Source: a bacterium
Lineage (GTDB): Bacteria; UBP7; UBA6624; JBBIMK01
Assembly: GCA_037444445.1 (NCBI GenBank)
Contig: JBBIMK010000015.1
Location: forward strand, 18,363 to 50,362
DNA: 32,000 nt
Reading direction: 5' to 3'
Position numbers and translations under genes: made by a program
Shown: positions 28,991 through 32,000 of the stretch, piece by piece
How positions within the stretch are numbered: the stretch's first letter is position 1
Layout of the letters: each line of letters begins with the position of its first letter
The notes under the pieces: generated by a model
Databases searched by the model: none
What the model was told of the DNA's origin: nothing
Seen by the model: only the letters and a program-made list of their open reading frames with translations

Positions 28991-29491
28991 ATGAACTGGG
29001 GAACGGTGATTATACGATGGATACACTTTTTATCTGCGGCGGTGTGGCTGGGTGGGCTCGTTTTCCTCGCCCTCATTCTGATTCCTTTTCTGCGCAAAAA
29101 ACTTCCTCCGGCGGAGAGAATTCGCTGGGTCAGCGCCATCGGACGCCGCTTTGATATCATTTTCTGGGTCTGCATTCTTCTTCTTATCCTCAGTGGTATC
29201 GGAAATCTCCTTCATGAGCATATTACCATTCAGACCCTTTCTAACTCGGCGTATGGAACCATTCTCAGTATTAAGTTAACCGGTGTTGTCGTAGTGATTT
29301 TATTCACTCTAATTCACAGGTATGTCCTGGGAGCACAAATGGAGAGACTGGCTTCTAAAATCCCTCCTGGCAGTGAGGAGATACCGAAGTCTCTGCATTC
29401 CCTGGGCCAAATGTCCCTTTTCTTTTCCATTTTCAGTTTTATCGTTCTCCTCGGCATCACATTCCTGGGGATCCTCCTGGCGCACGGGTAA
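28991..29491 (+). CDS. CopD-like integral membrane protein (4 predicted TM helices)
   Basis: WIHFLSAAVWLGGLVFLALIL is the characteristic first helix of CopD/DUF-type membrane proteins. Three more hydrophobic helices follow. AAGGGGGA lies 7 nt upstream of the ATG. Confidence 0.6.
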   Translation: MNWGTVIIRWIHFLSAAVWLGGLVFLALILIPFLRKKLPPAERIRWVSAIGRRFDIIFWVCILLLILSGIGNLLHEHITIQTLSNSAYGTILSIKLTGVVVVILFTLIHRYVLGAQMERLASKIPPGSEEIPKSLHSLGQMSLFFSIFSFIVLLGITFLGILLAHG

Positions 29492-29573
29492 AAACACCCG
29501 TATAAATAATAAAAGAGTGTCCTTTGCCACAATTTGATGGAAGGGAAAGAGTTATTCAGCAGGAATCGGCGAG

Positions 29574-30194
29574 TTAATGTGCGGCTGTATTCTCTACGGA
29601 GTGAGAGAGAATTCGCTGGATGGCTGCTTCCTGCAAATCTGCTCGATATTTCATCCCCGCAGGACCGGCGGTTCGAAGCCTGTTCCCCAGGTCTAAGAGG
29701 CTTTTCAAGGAGAGCCAGCGGGCTTCCACCACTTCCTCTCGGTCCTTCGGATGAAGATGCCCGGAAATCCTCCTGCCGGTAAATACATGGGTTACCCATT
29801 TCACCTTTTTTTCGTGGCATAGGAATTGAACACAAACCCGTAAAATATATCGCTGAAGTTCCACTGTCAGTCCTGTTTCCTCCTCCATTTCCCTTTTCAC
29901 ACCTTTCTCAAAATCTTCCCCCGGTTTAATAGCACCCCCTGGAACACGGTATAACCCTTTCGGATAAACGGGCTTCCGAATCACCACTGTTGACAGGTTT
30001 TTCCCACTATTTGCTGGCCTGGGGGCAACCCATTTCAGGATGAAGACGGTAACATCATGCGCCCGCCCTTCTTCCATCGTGCTCAGAAGGAACTCAAACT
30101 CCTCTGGTGTGTATGGATAAGAAAAATGAAGGACATCTGGTTTTCCGTATTTTCTAACCATAGAAAGGACCTGCTGGTGTGATAAATAAGTCAT
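29574..30194 (-). CDS. NUDIX hydrolase
   Basis: A perfect Nudix box, Gx5Ex7REUxEExGU, in GAIKPGEDFEKGVKREMEEETGL. Confidence 0.85.
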   Translation of the reverse strand: MTYLSHQQVLSMVRKYGKPDVLHFSYPYTPEEFEFLLSTMEEGRAHDVTVFILKWVAPRPANSGKNLSTVVIRKPVYPKGLYRVPGGAIKPGEDFEKGVKREMEEETGLTVELQRYILRVCVQFLCHEKKVKWVTHVFTGRRISGHLHPKDREEVVEARWLSLKSLLDLGNRLRTAGPAGMKYRADLQEAAIQRILSHSVENTAAH

Positions 30195-30231
30195 GCTTCA
30201 AGAATTCGGGAATAAAAAGAGAGATTTCAAG

Positions 30232-31815
30232 TTAATGAAAATAGAACTGGCGTGCAAAAGCAGCGGGACTCAGGGGGGAGCCTGTGGCGATTTTAACCGT
30301 ATCTTTCCAGTTATACCGTGCACCCAGCGAGAACAGGTTTTCCCTGAGGTAAGCCCCGGTCTCCGGGCTAATTCTGGGAGCCTGCTGTTGAACTCGTTCT
30401 TCCATTTGAGAAGCCATCCACTGCCCGAGGAGGTAATTCTGGTAATACACAGGATGAGTGGCGATATGAATTTTGGTTGCCCAGTCGGGAGCATTTCTTC
30501 CATCTGGGCGAGGCACCTTTTGATATTTCTCCACCAGGTTCCACCAGAGGGTATTCAAATCCGCCTGAGGATTTTCATACAGGCTTTTTTCAAAATTCAC
30601 CACCACCACTACCCAGCGGGTAAAGATGAGCATTTTCAATCGTTGATAGTCCTGGAGAGATTGGCTGAGACGGGAGGCTTTTGCAGGTTCAACCCCCACC
30701 CAACGGGTCAGCCATTCAGGATGATATATCAGGCGGTCCATAAAAAGAGCGACTGCTTCCGTGGTGAAAATATGCGAGGGTATTCGGAGAGTAAAAGGCA
30801 ATTCCCGGGAGATGTATTTGTCATACACAGCATGGCCATATTCGTGAAGCAGAGTTCCCATCCATCGGGCATTCTTTCTGACATTGCAGAGAACACGAAT
30901 ATCCCCTTCTCGGTCCATATTCAGGCAGAAACCGTGTTGATTCTTCCCGGGGCGTTCGTATAAATCCGATCTTTTCAAGATATCCTGGATCTCCCAGCCC
31001 ATCGCGTCATAAGTGGCGGAGGTAATGGCCTCCAGGTCCGAATGCTCAAAAAAGGGGTCCAGATTGAAGTCTTTCCGTGGGGGTGCATCCTGGAAGAAGG
31101 GGTCCGCATAATGCCACGGTCGTAAATCCTTCACAGGAGTGTGAAAGCGGTGAGAAAGTTCCTCATCCAACTGCTCCTTCACCTCATGATAAGAATTTTC
31201 CGAAAGTTCTATGATTTGAGAAAAAAGGGATAAAAGTTCGGATTCCTCTAACTCCTGGGCTGCCAGGCTGAGATGAAAATAGTTGCGGAATCCCAGGGCC
31301 TGCGCCCGTTGATTCCTTAATTCAGCGAGGCGAAGAATTTTGGGAGCCGCCTCGGCTCCAATACCTTTCGCAGATTCCCACGCCTCCTTTCGTAATCCAG
31401 AATCACTTTCCTCATGAAGAATCTGATTGATTTCATTCTCCGTAACCTTCCTGCCACGAAGTGTAGCGCGAAAATTCGTAAACAGGCTCGTGAGGTCGCC
31501 TTCCAGCCTCACCCTTTCCTTCAGAATCGTCGGGTCCTCTTGATGAAAGAGATAAGCCCGATACAGAACTTCTACCTGCCGCTTTAATAAAGGGTCCGAA
31601 AAATCATTCAATTCTTTCCATTTCTTCAATTGCTCATATTCTGCCGGGTTGGCATAAATCCGGTCATGGGCATACCGCCACCTGTCCAGTTCTTCCTGAT
31701 ATTCTTTCTTCCCTGTGGTGGTGAGATTCCAGTAAGCCTGAGTCAGATTTTTATAGAGGGGAATCACTTTCGCTTCATGGGCTTTCACAAAACTTACCAT
31801 TTCATGCTGACTCAC
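30232..31815 (-). CDS. Cytoplasmic clan-MA (gluzincin) zinc metallopeptidase, M3 oligoendopeptidase-like / ACE-like
   Basis: HEYGHAVYD (HExxH) with a downstream TEAVALF glutamate block. The N-terminal FVKAHEAKVIPLYKNLTQAYWNLTTTG resembles the ACE/M3 helical lid. No signal peptide. GTG start at 31815 with GGGGGGTGA 9 nt upstream. Confidence 0.75.
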   Translation of the reverse strand: MSQHEMVSFVKAHEAKVIPLYKNLTQAYWNLTTTGKKEYQEELDRWRYAHDRIYANPAEYEQLKKWKELNDFSDPLLKRQVEVLYRAYLFHQEDPTILKERVRLEGDLTSLFTNFRATLRGRKVTENEINQILHEESDSGLRKEAWESAKGIGAEAAPKILRLAELRNQRAQALGFRNYFHLSLAAQELEESELLSLFSQIIELSENSYHEVKEQLDEELSHRFHTPVKDLRPWHYADPFFQDAPPRKDFNLDPFFEHSDLEAITSATYDAMGWEIQDILKRSDLYERPGKNQHGFCLNMDREGDIRVLCNVRKNARWMGTLLHEYGHAVYDKYISRELPFTLRIPSHIFTTEAVALFMDRLIYHPEWLTRWVGVEPAKASRLSQSLQDYQRLKMLIFTRWVVVVVNFEKSLYENPQADLNTLWWNLVEKYQKVPRPDGRNAPDWATKIHIATHPVYYQNYLLGQWMASQMEERVQQQAPRISPETGAYLRENLFSLGARYNWKDTVKIATGSPLSPAAFARQFYFH

Positions 31816-32000
31816 TTTATATTCACCCCCCTTGTCCTTTTTTCATTCTCTTTCTGAACACCGAATACAGTATACCAGACCCCCAAAATCGGAATGTAAG
31901 AGCAAGCCCGGTTATGACAGAACTTTTGAGGAGCAGAGGTAACGGTGTATTGGGTCAAGAGATTCTGACCACCCTGAACGATTTTTTTATACCCCTCTTT
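31812..32000 (-). CDS. 3' end of an unidentified ORF entering from the right window edge
   Basis: The minus-strand frame is open for 62 codons from pos 32000 (KEGYKKIVQGGQNLLTQYTVTSAPQKFCHNRACSYIPILGVWYTVFGVQKENEKRTRGVNIK). It ends at TGA 31814-31812, which overlaps the peptidase GTG as GTGA. I recognised no family. Confidence 0.3.
   Translation of the reverse strand, partial: KEGYKKIVQGGQNLLTQYTVTSAPQKFCHNRACSYIPILGVWYTVFGVQKENEKRTRGVNIK

Noticed and set aside
29484-29501. Hairpin ACGGGT-AAAAAC-ACCCGT overlapping the stop of the CopD-like gene, in the convergent gap before the NUDIX gene. A possible intrinsic terminator.
   Set aside because: The stem is only 6 bp, and the 3' flank is A-rich rather than a T run on either strand. 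This is too weak to annotate as a terminator.
1-32000. Whole-window scan for CRISPR arrays, tRNA or rRNA genes, IS/transposase/integrase genes, terminal inverted repeats, toxin-antitoxin pairs and known defence-system domains.
   Set aside because: I saw no regularly spaced direct repeats, no T-loop or cloverleaf-like segments in the few intergenic gaps, and no DDE/tyrosine/serine recombinase, nuclease-helicase or defence-like motifs in any listed ORF. The window reads as a core-genome region.

Overview
By eye this is a densely coding, moderate-GC window from a diderm (outer-membrane-bearing) bacterium. It is almost entirely core housekeeping. I saw no tRNA or rRNA genes, CRISPR arrays, transposases, integrases, phage genes or recognisable defence genes. 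I found no convincing accessory island or multi-gene novel system.

Layout:
- 1-5010 (+): a 5'-truncated ORF joining a TamB-type DUF490 tail in frame to an Omp85 (TamA/BamA-like) protein, then a membrane-anchored three-domain c-type cytochrome, then a DUF3179 protein.
- 5048-20082 (-): about 15 kb of co-directional, mostly overlapping genes in the order rpsT-glyQ-glyS-dgt-pyrB-pyrC-carA-der-pnp-purN-ALDH-lipoprotein-pncB. A near-consensus sigma70 promoter sits upstream of rpsT.
- 20418-29491 (+): an orphan secreted proline-rich protein, leuS, comEA, an M16-like protein lacking HxxEH, an archaeal-type PGI/PMI, a possible 30-aa membrane micropeptide, purQ and a CopD-like membrane protein.
- 29574-32000 (-): a partial ORF entering from the right edge, a clan-MA HExxH metallopeptidase and a NUDIX hydrolase.

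The most unusual observation is the TamB-Omp85 single reading frame. The Omp85 part has no signal peptide of its own. Lesser oddities:
- the triplicated cytochrome c next to DUF3179
- the orphan protein that is about 60% proline over 53 residues, has no leader or Shine-Dalgarno sequence, and overlaps leuS by 59 nt
- the doubly degenerate M16 pseudo-peptidase
- an ATGA-coupled micro-ORF
- an unexplained 250-bp spacer upstream of a solitary purQ

All product calls rest on motif recognition in the supplied translations. No database search was possible.
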